A DNA stretch of 63,665 nt, filler included, from Hyphochytrium catenoides (Eukaryota; Protista; Hyphochytriomycota), in the NCBI GenBank assembly GCA_900088475.1. It is 5 parts of 5 records of this genome, joined end to end, with 100 filler letters (N's around TTAATTAATTAA, not from the genome) between each part and the next. Parts side by side here need not be neighbours in the genome. Positions count along the whole stretch, not along the records: positions 6,468 to 13,167 come from FLMG01003234.1; positions 13,268 to 29,937 come from FLMG01004554.1; 3 more parts are not named here. One strand, 5' to 3'. The stretch's first letter is position 1. Each line of letters begins with the position of its first letter. A program made the position numbers and the translations under genes. Below, in pieces: positions 12,268 through 26,763 of the stretch. The notes below the pieces were generated by a model. That model saw nothing but the letters and a program-made list of their open reading frames with translations. It ran no database searches and was not told where the DNA came from.

Positions 12268-13167
12268 TTACAGTTGCTCTGTTCTCGTTGGCTCTGGTTC
12301 CCCATAATTTTGGACGGTGCTTCGGTTTGAGCCACTCCAGGAAGAGGTACTGGACCCAGACGACGAAGAAGACGACGATGAGGAAGAGGAGGAGTTACTC
12401 AAATGGCTTGATGAAGTGCTTCTCATGTCGTCCGATCCACGGTCGTAACCTCCTCTCTGGGCTGGAAGAGTAAGGTAAGATCGGGGAGTCATGCCTAACT
12501 CCAACTGGTCATCGTCATCAAAGTTGCTTGGAGTGCTGAGGTCCATGTTTCCAGCAGAATCTCTTCTTTTCTTCGTCATTTGTAAGGCGACCGCAGCGAT
12601 AAGACCTACAGCAGCAGCACCAGCTGCAGCCACCGCAACTATGCTACCTGCACCAAGTCCTTTGGAAGAGGTGGTGCTACTATTCTCTGCTTGATCCGTA
12701 GAAGAGCTTGCTCCGCCGCTGCTCTTGGTTCCATCTGATCCTTTTGAATTTCCACCAGTAGAGGCAGTAGAGGCCCCACCAACACTGGTTCCTCCGCCGG
12801 CCGCAGCTGCATCCTCTCCGTCAGTGCTTTCATCCTCTGGCAAAGAGCCCACCTCTCCTCCTGAAGATGGACTACTTATCTTGTATGAATTCGTGTCGGC
12901 TTTCGTAATTCGTGGATCAACGTTAACTACACCTCGTCCTCCTGCGGCATTTGTTGGACTCGCTTCCGCTCCAGGAGCTCTAGAGGTGACGGCGCCAGGT
13001 CTAGTTGCTTGAACCCCTCCTGCCGCAGCGGGTGGAGGAGCTGCATTCTTTGCGACCGGAGGAGGGGGAGGAGGAGGAGAGGGAGGAAGGGGTTGAGCAG
13101 GTGGAGGAGGGGCTTCTACACCCCCAGCAGGAGGAGGGGGTGGGGGTGGAGGAGGCGGCGGTGGAGG
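12268..13167 (-). CDS. Single-pass membrane protein with poly-Pro and Ser/Gly/Thr-rich ectodomain (5' end lost at contig end)
   Basis: The frame is open from the gap (PPPPPPPPPPPPPAGGVEAPPPP..) into the 194-aa ORF. TM segment IVAVAAAGAAAVGLIAAVAL is followed by KKRR and a Ser-rich tail. Confidence 0.8.
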   Translation of the reverse strand, partial: PPPPPPPPPPPPPAGGVEAPPPPAQPLPPSPPPPPPPVAKNAAPPPAAAGGVQATRPGAVTSRAPGAEASPTNAAGGRGVVNVDPRITKADTNSYKISSPSSGGEVGSLPEDESTDGEDAAAAGGGTSVGGASTASTGGNSKGSDGTKSSGGASSSTDQAENSSTTSSKGLGAGSIVAVAAAGAAAVGLIAAVALQMTKKRRDSAGNMDLSTPSNFDDDDQLELGMTPRSYLTLPAQRGGYDRGSDDMRSTSSSHLSNSSSSSSSSSSSSGSSTSSWSGSNRSTVQNYGEPEPTRTEQL

Positions 13168-13267
13168 NNNNNNNNNNNNNNNNNNNNNNNNNNNNNNNNN
13201 NNNNNNNNNNNTTAATTAATTAANNNNNNNNNNNNNNNNNNNNNNNNNNNNNNNNNNNNNNNNNNNN
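13168..13267. other. Artificial contig spacer
   Basis: 44 N + TTAATTAATTAA + 44 N. Confidence 0.97.
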
Positions 13268-14634
13268 CGGAGGGCCAGTGAACAACAGACAGGAGACCTG
13301 TTGTAAGGATCTGGAACCCGAACCCCTCGGAAAGGTATTTGGTGTTATTACACTTTACAATCTGTCAATTGGCATAGCACTAATCTTTCTTTCTTTTCCC
13401 CTTTCATTTGTTTCGGCGATTCGTCCTTGTAGGGTTAAAGGGCTTCAGCTAAGAGTGTAGGTCAACAATTCGAAAGTTCATCGTGAGATGAGAATACCTC
13501 TCATACAGCCGCTACAACATGTACGAACAGACATGGTGATAGTACTGGAGCATTATTTATAGCCATCATCCGTGGTCATGATCTTCATGATCTTCGTTGA
13601 GCATCAACAGCACTCAGCAACTCCTTGACTTATCATCAAGTGATGGCGTTGGTTGATGAGCCATCAACATCATTAGAATGTATTATTAGGAGCTAACTAC
13701 GAATAACCCTTACATCAGCAACAAGATGATGAGACAAGGGCAACAAAGAAGATAAAGCAGCAGCAGCAGCTACCTGTACCGGGATATATGATGATTATTA
13801 GATATATCAATGCTTGGTTGCTGCTGCCTTCATCATGAGAGTGTGTCCCTCACTAGAGGATACTCGGGTCTTTATTGTTATTGTTCACCGGCACAAGGAG
13901 CAGCACGTACACGATGGCCTGTAAACATAATCGAGACGCTATTCTCGGCCGGCCTGGATCATTGTACGTCCTGCTACTGATCCACCACCACCATCCATCG
14001 TCATCACCAGACAACAGTAGTAGCAGCAAGCCAGCACATTCTCGAGGTCTAACAACAGAGCTGCTCCAGGTTAGCCTTTCTTCTAGAAGCGCCTTCAGTC
14101 ATGAACGAGCCCCTTTTCAATCTTATAGTTCCAGCTTGAAGCCCGAAAAATGCTGTTACAAGTCCGATGGAAATCAAAGGAGGGGCAGCCTCCATCCTTA
14201 TCAGCAGGCGAGAATGGGAGCTCCCTTTGACATGATGATGGAACGCGGTCCCCAAAAAAGCAGAGGTGTACTCTATTGCCGGGACCGCATTCCACCATCA
14301 TGTCAAACTTCGACATTCGAAATTAAACGTCATTCAATAAGATCGATGAAGTCATAATCACCGCAGCAGCAAGTACAAGAAGAAGCGGCATCTACTTCCA
14401 CTGCTTCGGTTGAGATCAGTAGTAAGCAACAAATAGAGTACTCTGTCATCATCAGAACTTTGCTCCTTGTTAGGCATCGCAGCAAAAAGACACAATGGCG
14501 ATCGTCATGATGGGTCTAGATCCTCACGGCAGCAATGCAAAAAACAACGACAGCAGCAGCCGTCCACTGAAAGAGCATCATAAGGTCATCGGTCTTGGGA
14601 ATCGGTTTACAAAGGCGACCTTGTCGCTATTACA

Positions 14635-14686
14635 TCGCCACACCAGGCAACGGATGTGCTTCGCCACACCGGGCAACGGATGTGCT
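14635..14686. repeat. Tandem repeat, 2 x 26 bp
   Basis: TCGCCACACC(A/G)GGCAACGGATGTGCT occurs twice. Confidence 0.9.
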
Positions 14687-14891
14687 CGCAAGATTTTTGA
14701 GCCCTGCTCCTTCCATCTACATAAACGCAAGAAAATTATTTCGGGGGTCCTTGGTAAACATCCAACACCTTGTGGCAGTACTCAGCAAGATTTGGGTTTC
14801 TGGCAGTATAAAATGGCACGGAGCAGTAGGGTCCTACAGTGAAAGCATGCGTAAGATATATAACTTGGGCAACCGACCCAGATGGGTACCG

Positions 14892-16312
14892 TCACCTACC
14901 GCCTAAGTCCAAGGACATCATTAACCAGCCAGTTGTGCCGCTAATGAGGATGGCAACTGGCGCTTGAAAGCCAAACACTCCCACCAAGGAGCCACACATT
15001 ACCAGGATCGCTGCCTCTCCGAGGTTATGAACGACCTTGGCATACATGAAGACAAATGACCCCGCAATCAGTCCCACGGCTGCAGAGTTCACTCCTTCCA
15101 ACGCGTCCTGCACCACCTTATAGCGACGGATACTATTCCAGAATGGAAGTATTGACAGCATCACAATTATACCAGGTGCAAACATACCGACACAAGCCAG
15201 AATACCTCCTCCGGCACCTAGAGCAAGGAGTAAAGAGTGATCTTCGAATGCACTTTATTCATGGTGTATCAACTTAACTTACCTAGATATGCCGCTCCAA
15301 GGTAGGCCGAGAGGTTGAATACTGGTCCGGGCAGAGCTTGTGCAAGCGCTAGGCCGTCATAGAAGACTGCAGATGGTAGCCATCCTGTCGCAACCACTTC
15401 TCCATGCAGCATTGGGAGAGCTAACTGCCCTCCACCGAAAATCAACGCTCCTATCCGATAAAATGCCTCAAACACCAAGAAGTATGGGTTGGTTATCCCA
15501 AACAGGTTTCTGGCAACAGCGCTTATGATCAGAATGCAGACGGACCACCCCAAGAAGATAAAGCCGGTCCGCTTTGATGTCTCAAGGAGATCTTGAGAAA
15601 GATTGCGTTCATGGTTATCCTGGGATGCAACGTATAGATGACTCCCAGACCTTGCATGCTTTCCTGCTTTGAGCATAGTGGTGATGACCCCCGATCCAAA
15701 AAGCATCAGAGGATAGCCCCATGCTCCATAGCGAGGTGGCATCCAGATAGCAAAGAACATTGAAAGGAACGCGATGCCTAACTTCATAGAGTCGTCGCGG
15801 CCACAAATACGAGCTCCTAGCTTATGGGCTGCGAGGAAAATAAGAGATACTGATGCTGGTTTGACACCTACAGTTGCTTCCGCAAGCCAGCTTGGGGCAC
15901 TTCCCTCGTCCTCGGCATAGGCGCTGTGGAGCCCAACTCCAGTGAGAAACATTATTAGAAAGCCGGGCAACTGAAACGTAATCGCAGCAAGGGTTCCTCC
16001 AGAAAGGCCACATCGCAATGCCCCGATTGCGGCTGCTACCTCTACGGAAGTCGGTCCAGGTATCGCTCCTCCTACCGCGATGAGCTCTGTAAAGGTACGA
16101 TCGTCCAGCCACTTCAACTTTTCAACAAATCGTTCGTGAAACATCGCAAGATGAGCCTGGGGCCCGCCGAATGCAGTTACTGATAGCGGTATGAAGTGAA
16201 GGAAGATGCTCCACCACATCTTGCCATGCCATGATTCCTCAACATCTACCATTTCTAGTCCGATGATACCATGCCCATCTACATCCGGCGGTACATCTGA
16301 CTGAAGCTCCAT
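14892..16312 (-). CDS. Long-chain (bi-domain) chromate ion transporter, CHR family; 2 exons (intron ~15218-15282)
   Basis: Repeated CHR motifs AFGGPQAHLAMF..IPGP and IFGGGQLALPML..AQALPGP. A 65-nt GT-AG intron joins the 350-aa and 97-aa ORFs (..FAPGI..GVNSAAVGLI). Confidence 0.93.
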
Positions 16313-16658
16313 CACTTGCAATCAATCGTTGAGCGGAGCTCCCGAAGAGATTCAGAGATCACCAATGTCATGCAGACATTCTGCGAAGAAGAGATCTGCA
16401 CAGATGACGGCCTGGTCCCTTTTGCGCTCTGCTGTCAGTCCCTTGTCCCATTATAAATGTATGGCATTTATTATAGGGATCTCCTCAGCTGCAGACATCA
16501 TATCTCTTCTCTTGAAGCAGCGTCTCTAGGAGATAGCGAAGAGATATGATGGGTTTCTCCTCCGCTCCTCCGTCCCAACCAATCAGAGTGATTTGTTTGG
16601 TCAAGTCAGCTCTCGCGCCTCCATCACAAAAGGAAGTTGAAGCAACGACCTAAACTTT

Positions 16659-16758
16659 CACTACACAAAAGGGCATTTTTAGAACAACAAGACATAATAG
16701 TACTCCTATATAAAACCTAAAACAGTCAAAACAGTTCTAAATAACCCTTTGTACAGTG
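16659..16758. mobile_element. 100-bp MITE-like element with CACT-type termini
   Basis: Left end CACTACACAAAAGGGCATTTTTAGAAC versus reverse complement of the right end CACTGTACAAAGGGTTATTTAGAAC. AT-rich interior, no clear TSD. Confidence 0.5.
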
Positions 16759-17245
16759 GCGTTTCACTTCGAACACCCTCTCTTCCTCCATTTATTAGGC
16801 TCTCGTCAATTTTACGAGCTTTTTCAGCTCCTATGTCCATAATAATCCAGACCAGGCCCCTTACTAGTTCTATTTCTGCCTAATAATAAGTACTCCGGAG
16901 TATAGAGTTTAGAATAGTAAAGGTTTTGTTCTAAACTTGTATGGGAAGGACTGGTTGGAAAGAGGACCGTCGTTCTACCTAATCCTTATTTAGCTGTGAT
17001 TGGAGGACTGCCACCCAATGGAAATCTCTCCATGAGATGACGATTGGAGGTTCTCAACCAAAGAGCAAAAACCTTCCACGATCCACGATCCATCATCAAC
17101 AAAGCTCAACCAGCTTCCATCTCCTCGTCAACACCGACATAGCCGTCTTCTACATGTGGCAAGTCTCTTCGTGGCGTGGACTGCTCAGATAAGATCTTGC
17201 ACCTTCGCTGGCAGTAACCTCTCCCGAGAGTTCTGACTTTTGCTG

Positions 17246-18649
17246 ATGAAGGTGAGGATGGCTTGGAACCAGGCTCCGCTACGGGGTCGCTTCTTCCTTA
17301 CCTTATGTTGGATGTTAGTGGTGGTGCCAGCCCACGGTGCGGAGGATGTTGAGGGCGAGGAGCCGTCTGTTCCACAGCTCTCTGCGGTCAATGGTTGGGA
17401 TATTCTGGCTATCTTGTTTATGTCCTTGGGTTTAGCATTGGCTGCCGCTGGCGGCGTTGGCGGTGGTCCCATCATTGTTCCGGTATTGGTGCTCATGATG
17501 GGTTTCGATATAAAGCATGCCACCCCTGTCTCAAACGTGATCATCATTGGTGGGGCGATCGCCAATGCAGCTTTTAATCTTCGACGTAGACATCCGTCTG
17601 TGGACAGACCACTCATTGACCCCGATATCTCTTTGGCAATGATCCCACCTATTATTGGTGGGGCTGTTCTTGGCGCATTCATTTCGAAGTTGCTTCCAGC
17701 CTACATTATTTCGCTACTCTTTGTGGTCGTCCTCATCGCAGGCGCAACCAGGACGCTACAGAAGGGCCTTCGTCTCCACAAGAGAGAAACTGCGAAGAGG
17801 AAAGAGCAAGAGCTCCCCGTCGTAGAGTATTTTATCATCACTCCACCATTTGCCGAGCTGGATGCCTCTCCCAAAGGAATCCAAGGTGCAGATGTTCAGT
17901 CAAAAGATGAAGAGAGTGGAGATCCCAATGAGAGACCTCCCGCAGGTACTGGACTCCATGGGCAAAGACTGACACAAATCTTGGAAGAAGAGAGGCACTT
18001 CTCATGGACCAAGCATGGTGTTATCCTCCTCTGCTACATAGGCATTGTAGCGGCAAGTATTGTCGGTAATTTGCTGCCCTGTGGAGGAGTTGGATACTGG
18101 ATCCTGTTAGTTGGCGAGATACCTTGGGTGCTCCTGTTTGCTGTTGCATCAGGGGTCTACCTAACACGAAGAAACCATCTGAAGCATGAGATCTCGTACC
18201 CCTTTGCTGATGGTGATGTTAACTGGACTACCAAGTCAGTAATCTGGTTTCCACTACTGTGTGCAGGTGCCGGGATTATTGCCGGACTCTTTGGGATTGG
18301 AGGTGGCATTATCTGCGGACCCGTAATGATAGAGATGGCCGTTCGCCCTGAGGTAGCATCTGCCACGACGGCGCTGATGGTTTTATATGCATCCGCCGCC
18401 GCAACGGTAAAGTTCGCTGTATTTGATATGATTGCATGGGATTGGGCTGCAACCCTGGGTGCTGTCGCACTAGTTGTTACGTTCTTCGCGCAACTCTACG
18501 TGGTGGGTTTTGTTCGGAAATCGGGGAGAGAGTCCATCATAGTACTCTGCATCGGAGCTTCTATCGCTATTGGTGCCATTTTGATGACATACCAAGCCAT
18601 TAAGTCCACAATTGATGACAGCGGCAAGCCCTTTACCGCCGATATCTGA
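17246..18649 (+). CDS. TauE/SafE (sulfite exporter, TSUP family) membrane protein, intronless
   Basis: Two repeats of the glycine motif (AAAGGVGGGPIIVP; AGLFGIGGGIICGP), RHPSVDRPLID and PEVASAT segments, many TM helices. Confidence 0.93.
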   Translation: MKVRMAWNQAPLRGRFFLTLCWMLVVVPAHGAEDVEGEEPSVPQLSAVNGWDILAILFMSLGLALAAAGGVGGGPIIVPVLVLMMGFDIKHATPVSNVIIIGGAIANAAFNLRRRHPSVDRPLIDPDISLAMIPPIIGGAVLGAFISKLLPAYIISLLFVVVLIAGATRTLQKGLRLHKRETAKRKEQELPVVEYFIITPPFAELDASPKGIQGADVQSKDEESGDPNERPPAGTGLHGQRLTQILEEERHFSWTKHGVILLCYIGIVAASIVGNLLPCGGVGYWILLVGEIPWVLLFAVASGVYLTRRNHLKHEISYPFADGDVNWTTKSVIWFPLLCAGAGIIAGLFGIGGGIICGPVMIEMAVRPEVASATTALMVLYASAAATVKFAVFDMIAWDWAATLGAVALVVTFFAQLYVVGFVRKSGRESIIVLCIGASIAIGAILMTYQAIKSTIDDSGKPFTADI

Positions 18650-20189
18650 AAAGTTACTGCCTAAACAGCTGTCTAAATGTATATATAGCCATCATGCGAT
18701 TGCGTCTAACCTGTCTCTAATGATGCACACGAGGGATCCCATCAACCCACAAGCACTAGAATTAACAACCTTCTTCTACAATTGATTAGGTTGATCCGTT
18801 CGGTGGTTCCTGCGTCAACCCAGACTGCTTATTACTTAGTTCCAGGCCTCATATCCTATTCGTGCTCTTATAAGATACCCTATCTTGAGGTGAGGTACCA
18901 CTTTCCAAAGAAGGCTGCCTAGCGCTACTGGTGAGATCCAACCCAAACAACCTGGTGCGTATCATTAGGCCTGGGTCGGCATCGGTGCCGCTTGTTGTAG
19001 GGACATCCTCTGGATTATGTGGTGAAGGTAAAGGCACTGCTGGCGCTAACCACAACGACAGCGGACAGTCGCTGTAGTATGAGCTATACGCGCTGCGTCG
19101 CTGCCTCGACAAGGATTAGACTGACATCATGGACAGATTTGTTCTTCTGTTCCAGCATGAACCTCCTGAATTGTTACCTCTCGAACCCGAAGACAGGGTA
19201 AACCGGCTGATCACGGTAATAATCTGAGGGGACTATATTATGATGATGATGTTGGGGCGGTAGCTGCGATGGAGTATCTTTTGGCTAGGGTCCTCTAGAG
19301 CGCCCTGTAGTATATTGTCATTGCGCAGAGCTAGGGTTTGTTAGTTATGATGGTTGTTACTAATCTCCTCCTCCATAGCTGCACATACAAGCAAGCGCTC
19401 GCTTTCTACTCGACCGAGAGCTATTATGGAGCAAGAATCAGCTGCCCCTGGGAGCAATACTGTAGTAAGGGGCGGAGATCTCAGTGCTGCCCTGCCTGTG
19501 AAATGCTCTACTCATGTGTTTAATAGAGAACATCTGTGTACAAGGAGATAGAGAGACAAACGTCCCTGCAGCAGCACGCCTCACATACCATTGTTTGCAA
19601 TAATCTCTGTTTAGAGCTCAGAACAATCAAGACGAAGATATTTATTATATTGGGTCTTTCCCTCGTCTTTTCTGATGGAGTCGCCCAGAAGTCCCCCTCG
19701 TACATACAGATTACAGCTTGTGCCTGTTCCCTTTTCAACCGCTACCCTAGGATGCGCCGCCCTCTTCTGTTTATGGACTGGTCAACCTAAGGGTCATGTC
19801 CTGATCCTTCGCTGGTGCAATCACAGTCTGATAGGGTCATCATCCCTTGAGTTTCCATGGTGACAGGGGTGGGTGGGCGATATAACAAGGGAATATTCAA
19901 GGTGAATTAAAGCTCCCATCCACCTGGAGATCCTGTGTGATGACATGCTGACATGCTCAAGGGAATCTTGTACTTGTAGAGTTTTATCCGCAGACACGGG
20001 ATCGGAGCTTCAGAGAGCCTTCCAGACAGACAACGGCACCACGCCTCTGATCGACAGCCTCTTGTCTTGAGGTGTACGAGACCAGAGCTGGCCAGAGGGC
20101 ACATTCGAGCTTCAGCAGAAGAAGCTGAAGCTTATTAGCGTAGTTGGTTTCGAAAGCAAGCAAGGAGATCTCTGGTCTCATTAGCGAAG

Positions 20190-22243
20190 ATGGTTGCAAC
20201 AGCCAAGATTCTTGCGGCAGCTTTTGCCGTCGCTGTCCACGCAGTCAATTTAGTGGAAGGCTGTACCCTTTTTGCTATCGGCAGAAAGGCCACTGCCGAT
20301 GGCTCGGTCATGATTGCTCATACTGATGATGCGGGTCCAGGCACATGTGATAATAGGCTCCTCCATGTGCCTGCCAAAGACCACAAAGAGGGTTCAAAGC
20401 GTCCCGTCTACTTCACTGCGGTTGACCGCTATCCTCGAATGGTCTCCAAGGAACGTGCGCCTGCCTACGCCCCCGTAGGTGATCAAGAAGAGAGCGATAT
20501 ATTAGGCCACATCCCCCAAGTGCCGCACACTTATGCATACTATGACGCTGACTGTAAGTCATACATATTTGCTTAGGGTTCTAGCTGCCCGGTAACTTAG
20601 TTCCGTTTGCCTGTATATTTACTCTAGATGCTCTTATCAACGAGCACCAGCTAATCATAGGTGAAACCACCACAAACGCCAAGACTGCAGGCTGGCCCAC
20701 CAACGTCAAGGGCGGAAAGTGCATGTTTGGCATTGAGGAGTTGACCAAGGTAGCTCTCGAACGCTGTGATTCTGCCCGCTGTGCCGTGAAGACCATGGGG
20801 AAACTGGCTTACGAGCATGGTTTCTGGGGGGCAGATGCTGGCACACCACAGAACCCTATCTTTGCAGCTTCTTCCGAGACTGTCGCTATTGGAGACAAGT
20901 ATGGCGAGGCCTGGGTCTTCCACGTGATGACAGGATTAAACAATGAGAGCGCCATCTGGGCAGCGCAACGTGTTCCTGACGATCACATTGCACCTTTAGC
21001 CAACGCGTTCTCCATTAGGGAGATGAACTTGGATGACGAAGATAATTTCTTAGCCTCTCCTAATGTTCATAGCGCAGCAGTGGAAATGGGTTGGTGGAAC
21101 CCTGAGACTGATGGACCTTTTGACTTCTTCCGATCGTATGCCTTTGGCAACGGATCCGAGCCTCTAATGCCTCTATATGTGGGTCGCCGTATCTGGCGTA
21201 TCTATGGCTTGGTTGCGCCTTCGATGGAACTTGACCCGAAGTGGGGATCAGTGCCTGAGCGGCCTTCCTACCCGTTCTCAGCCAAACCTGACGAACCTAT
21301 TACTATTGAGAAGACCTGGGAGATCATGAGGGACTACTATCAGGGTACGCCCTATGACACGTCAAAGGGTATGGGAGCAGGATTTTTCGGGAACCCAGCA
21401 CGCTTCAGCGGCCGTCCTCCGGCCGGGATCAAGGGAGGTTGGGAGCGCACCATCGCTATGGCTAGGACCTCGTTTAGCTTTGTTGCTCAGGCTCGTCCGG
21501 ACATGCCAGACCACATAGGCGGCCGAGTTTGGTGGGGCTACGATGCCCAGTGGGGCACTGTTTACACTCCTTTCTATGGTGCAGCGGATGACCTCCCGGA
21601 GGCTTATTACTCACACAAGTGTGCACAATCTGCTTTTTCCCTAGATTGTGCTTGGTGGGCTTTCAACTTCGTGAATAACTGGCGGTACCTTAACTTCGAG
21701 GCCATGACACCTGACGTGGAGGCTGAACAGAAGCGTTTGGAGGAGACCGCACGGCAACAAACTGAAGAGTTGGAGAGAGGCCTGCTCAAGATCCCAAAGA
21801 AGGAGGCACTCAAGGCGTTGAACAAATATCAAAGTAAGCATGCGCAGCACGTCGTGGACAGTTGGTGGACGCTTGCAGCCAAGCTTATCGCCAAGTATCA
21901 AGGCGGTCACGTCACTAATGGCGAGGGCACAGATGTGCTTCGTACGAACAAGACTGGGCGATGGGAATACGGCTACCCAGCGTTGGTCTTGCAGCAGTCA
22001 GAGTTTAATGGCTGGCCAAAGGACACATATTATTACCCTGGACAGGAGCCGAAAGAAGCTGTTCAGACTCTCATCAGATCAAAGGAAGCAGCTACCTCAC
22101 TGGTGCAGCTTTCTCAAGAAGCACCAGAGGGCAGTTTATCCTTCCTCTCCTTCTGCGGAGGGATCGTGGTAGGAGGGGCACTAGCCACCTTTATGATCAT
22201 AGCTTCACAAAGGAGAAGGTTTTCCTACAGCCAGCTGAATTAG
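20190..22243 (+). CDS. Peptidase family C69 (dipeptidase/secernin-like) with signal peptide and C-terminal TM; intron 20554-20627
   Basis: N-terminal nucleophile CTLFAIGRKATADGS after the signal peptide; INEHQLIIGETT, LERCDSARCAV, WAAQRVPDDH and YTPFY motifs; C-terminal TM then RRRFSYSQLN. Confidence 0.92.
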
Positions 22244-22820
22244 TTAAAGAATGCGGCGACACTACGCCTCCTTAGACGATAAAAAAACTGCTCAAAGAGC
22301 TTCACATGTTAACTTTCCTTATGCTCTCTCAATGTCGTAAGTGGCTGGGGCCATCCTGTCAGCTAGTAGCTGTAGGTCATTGCAATGCTCGGCAAAACCA
22401 CGTGCCGGAACTTCCCTTCCCGACTCTGATGAGGTGATGGTGCAGGGCGTTATAGATAGTGGGCTCTACCCCTGAGAGAGGACGGACTATCCTAGCGACT
22501 GAGTCCTAGACCTCATGTCTTGGACGCGCCAATCCCTCATCTAACCTTCGTCCCATCACCTTAGAAAGGCGCCAAGGTATGATGAAAATTTGCTGGTGTT
22601 GATTGAAGCTTGAGAGCGACCGATGGCGATAACGGACAGAGTCATCCGTTAACAGCTATCCCGAAACTTCAGAATGGTCAGCGTCTGATGAATTTATAAA
22701 TGGCTTTCATATTCACCTGCAGGTCGAAAGCTTCAGAAAGAGCTCATTATCATAAGGGTCCCGACACAGGCAATCAGCGTCGATGCACCCGGGCTGTCAA
22801 TAGATCTCCGCAAGAGTTAG

Positions 22821-25303
<2,483 letters not shown>

Positions 25304-25959
25304 GCCTTTGTCAAGAGAAGTTTACAGCTCTTAGTTTACCAGCCACTTTTTCAGTGTCTAGCTTTCCGTCTGCTCCTTCTCTAGCGCCTCGTCCCTTCTC
25401 TCTTGCTCATCCTTGCGGTTTGTCCTAACCGCCACCACTCACATGCTAGAGACGCTGAGGATCACCTGTACTAGTACCTTGTAACTCTATGAAACACTTG
25501 CACCGCAAAGGCGTAATAGCTCTCTCTTCTCTCCTGTACCTGTCTCTTTGGTTCATCATCCTTCTGCCATTGGCCCTTTGTTGATTGACTGGCAACAGTC
25601 TCATCTGTCTTGAGAAGTCATGGTAACGCACTCCTCCTATCAATCTTTTGGTCTCCCAAAGAGGATGACTCAGGAGAGAGAGAGAGAGACCATAGAAAAA
25701 GGAGAGAAGAGCATGTGAGCAAGTGGCGACGCGACGAAGCAACAGAAGGACGCGATGACCTTCTTCAGGGGCGGGCAGGGCAGCGATAGGACACAGATAC
25801 CGATCAGCTGTAGAATGTAACACCCCTGGCCCGAACCTAGTCCACATCCCTCCATCAGTGGTTGACATCCTCTCTCAAAAGTCCCTGAACGTAATCCGCA
25901 TTAGACCCTTCTCTCCCCTCCTCCTCGCCTCCCTCCCTCAATCAGGCTGTATGTAGCCT

Positions 25960-26430
25960 TGCAGTGGCTCGCTCCCCCTGTTTGTATTATGAGGGCTACA
26001 GCCCAATGTTTAACGTGATGGCACTTCCCATCCCTGTTCCTTCTCTCTCGCTCTCGCTCTCTCGCTCTCTCTCTNNNNNNNNNNNNNNNNNNNNNNNNNN
26101 NNNNNNNNNNNNNNNNNCTCTCTCTCTCTCTCTCTCCTCTTTTCTCTCTCTCTCTCTCTCTTTTCTCTCTCCCTCTCTCTCTCGTTTTCTCTTTCTCTCT
26201 GTTTCTCTCTCTCTCGACCCATCTCCCTCTCTCTCTACCTATCTATCTCCTTCTTTCTCTCTTTCTCTCTCTCTCTCTTACTCTCTTTCTCTCTCTCTCT
26301 CTCTTTCTCTCTTTCTCTCACCCTCTCTCTTTCTCTCTCTCTCTCTTTCTCCCTCTCTCCTTCCCTCTCTCTCTCTTCTTTCCCCGTTTTTCTCCGTCTC
26401 TGTTTCTTGGCTCTCTCTTTTTCTCATATA
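25960..26430. repeat. (CT)n low-complexity tract with an internal N gap
   Basis: Long imperfect CT runs; Ns at ~26075-26117. Confidence 0.95.
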
Positions 26431-26763
26431 AAACATCCACAACCTTCCTTCCTGTCTGCTCCTTCACTACTAGAATCTCTGTCACTTTCTGTCCTCGACC
26501 TCTTATCAATCGACAGGCTCTATCAACACAATTCTTAGGACATTTTCCTCTTTCTATCTCTCTCGCCTGCCGCCTGCCTTGGCCTCTCCCCTCGCCCACG
26601 CGCAGTGTCCCCGCTCGGCCGCGAAGAAGCCCGGTGGTGACCAATGAATCAGAAAGGAAAGACAAGAGCGGAGACCAGTGGAAGCCTTGAAGCAACGGAG
26701 AGATCGATTGGGAGGCCTAACTAGGCGGAGGTGAGAAGAGAATAGAGAGCAACGCGCAGGAAG

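Noticed and set aside
13875-14906. ORFs of 100-160 aa
   Set aside because: No family motifs, low complexity, overlapping frames; probably decayed sequence.
22420-22740. Hammerhead ribozyme cores (CTGATGA..GAAA), also on the minus strand near 30285-30322
   Set aside because: Stem II does not close onto GAAA, and stems I and III are absent.
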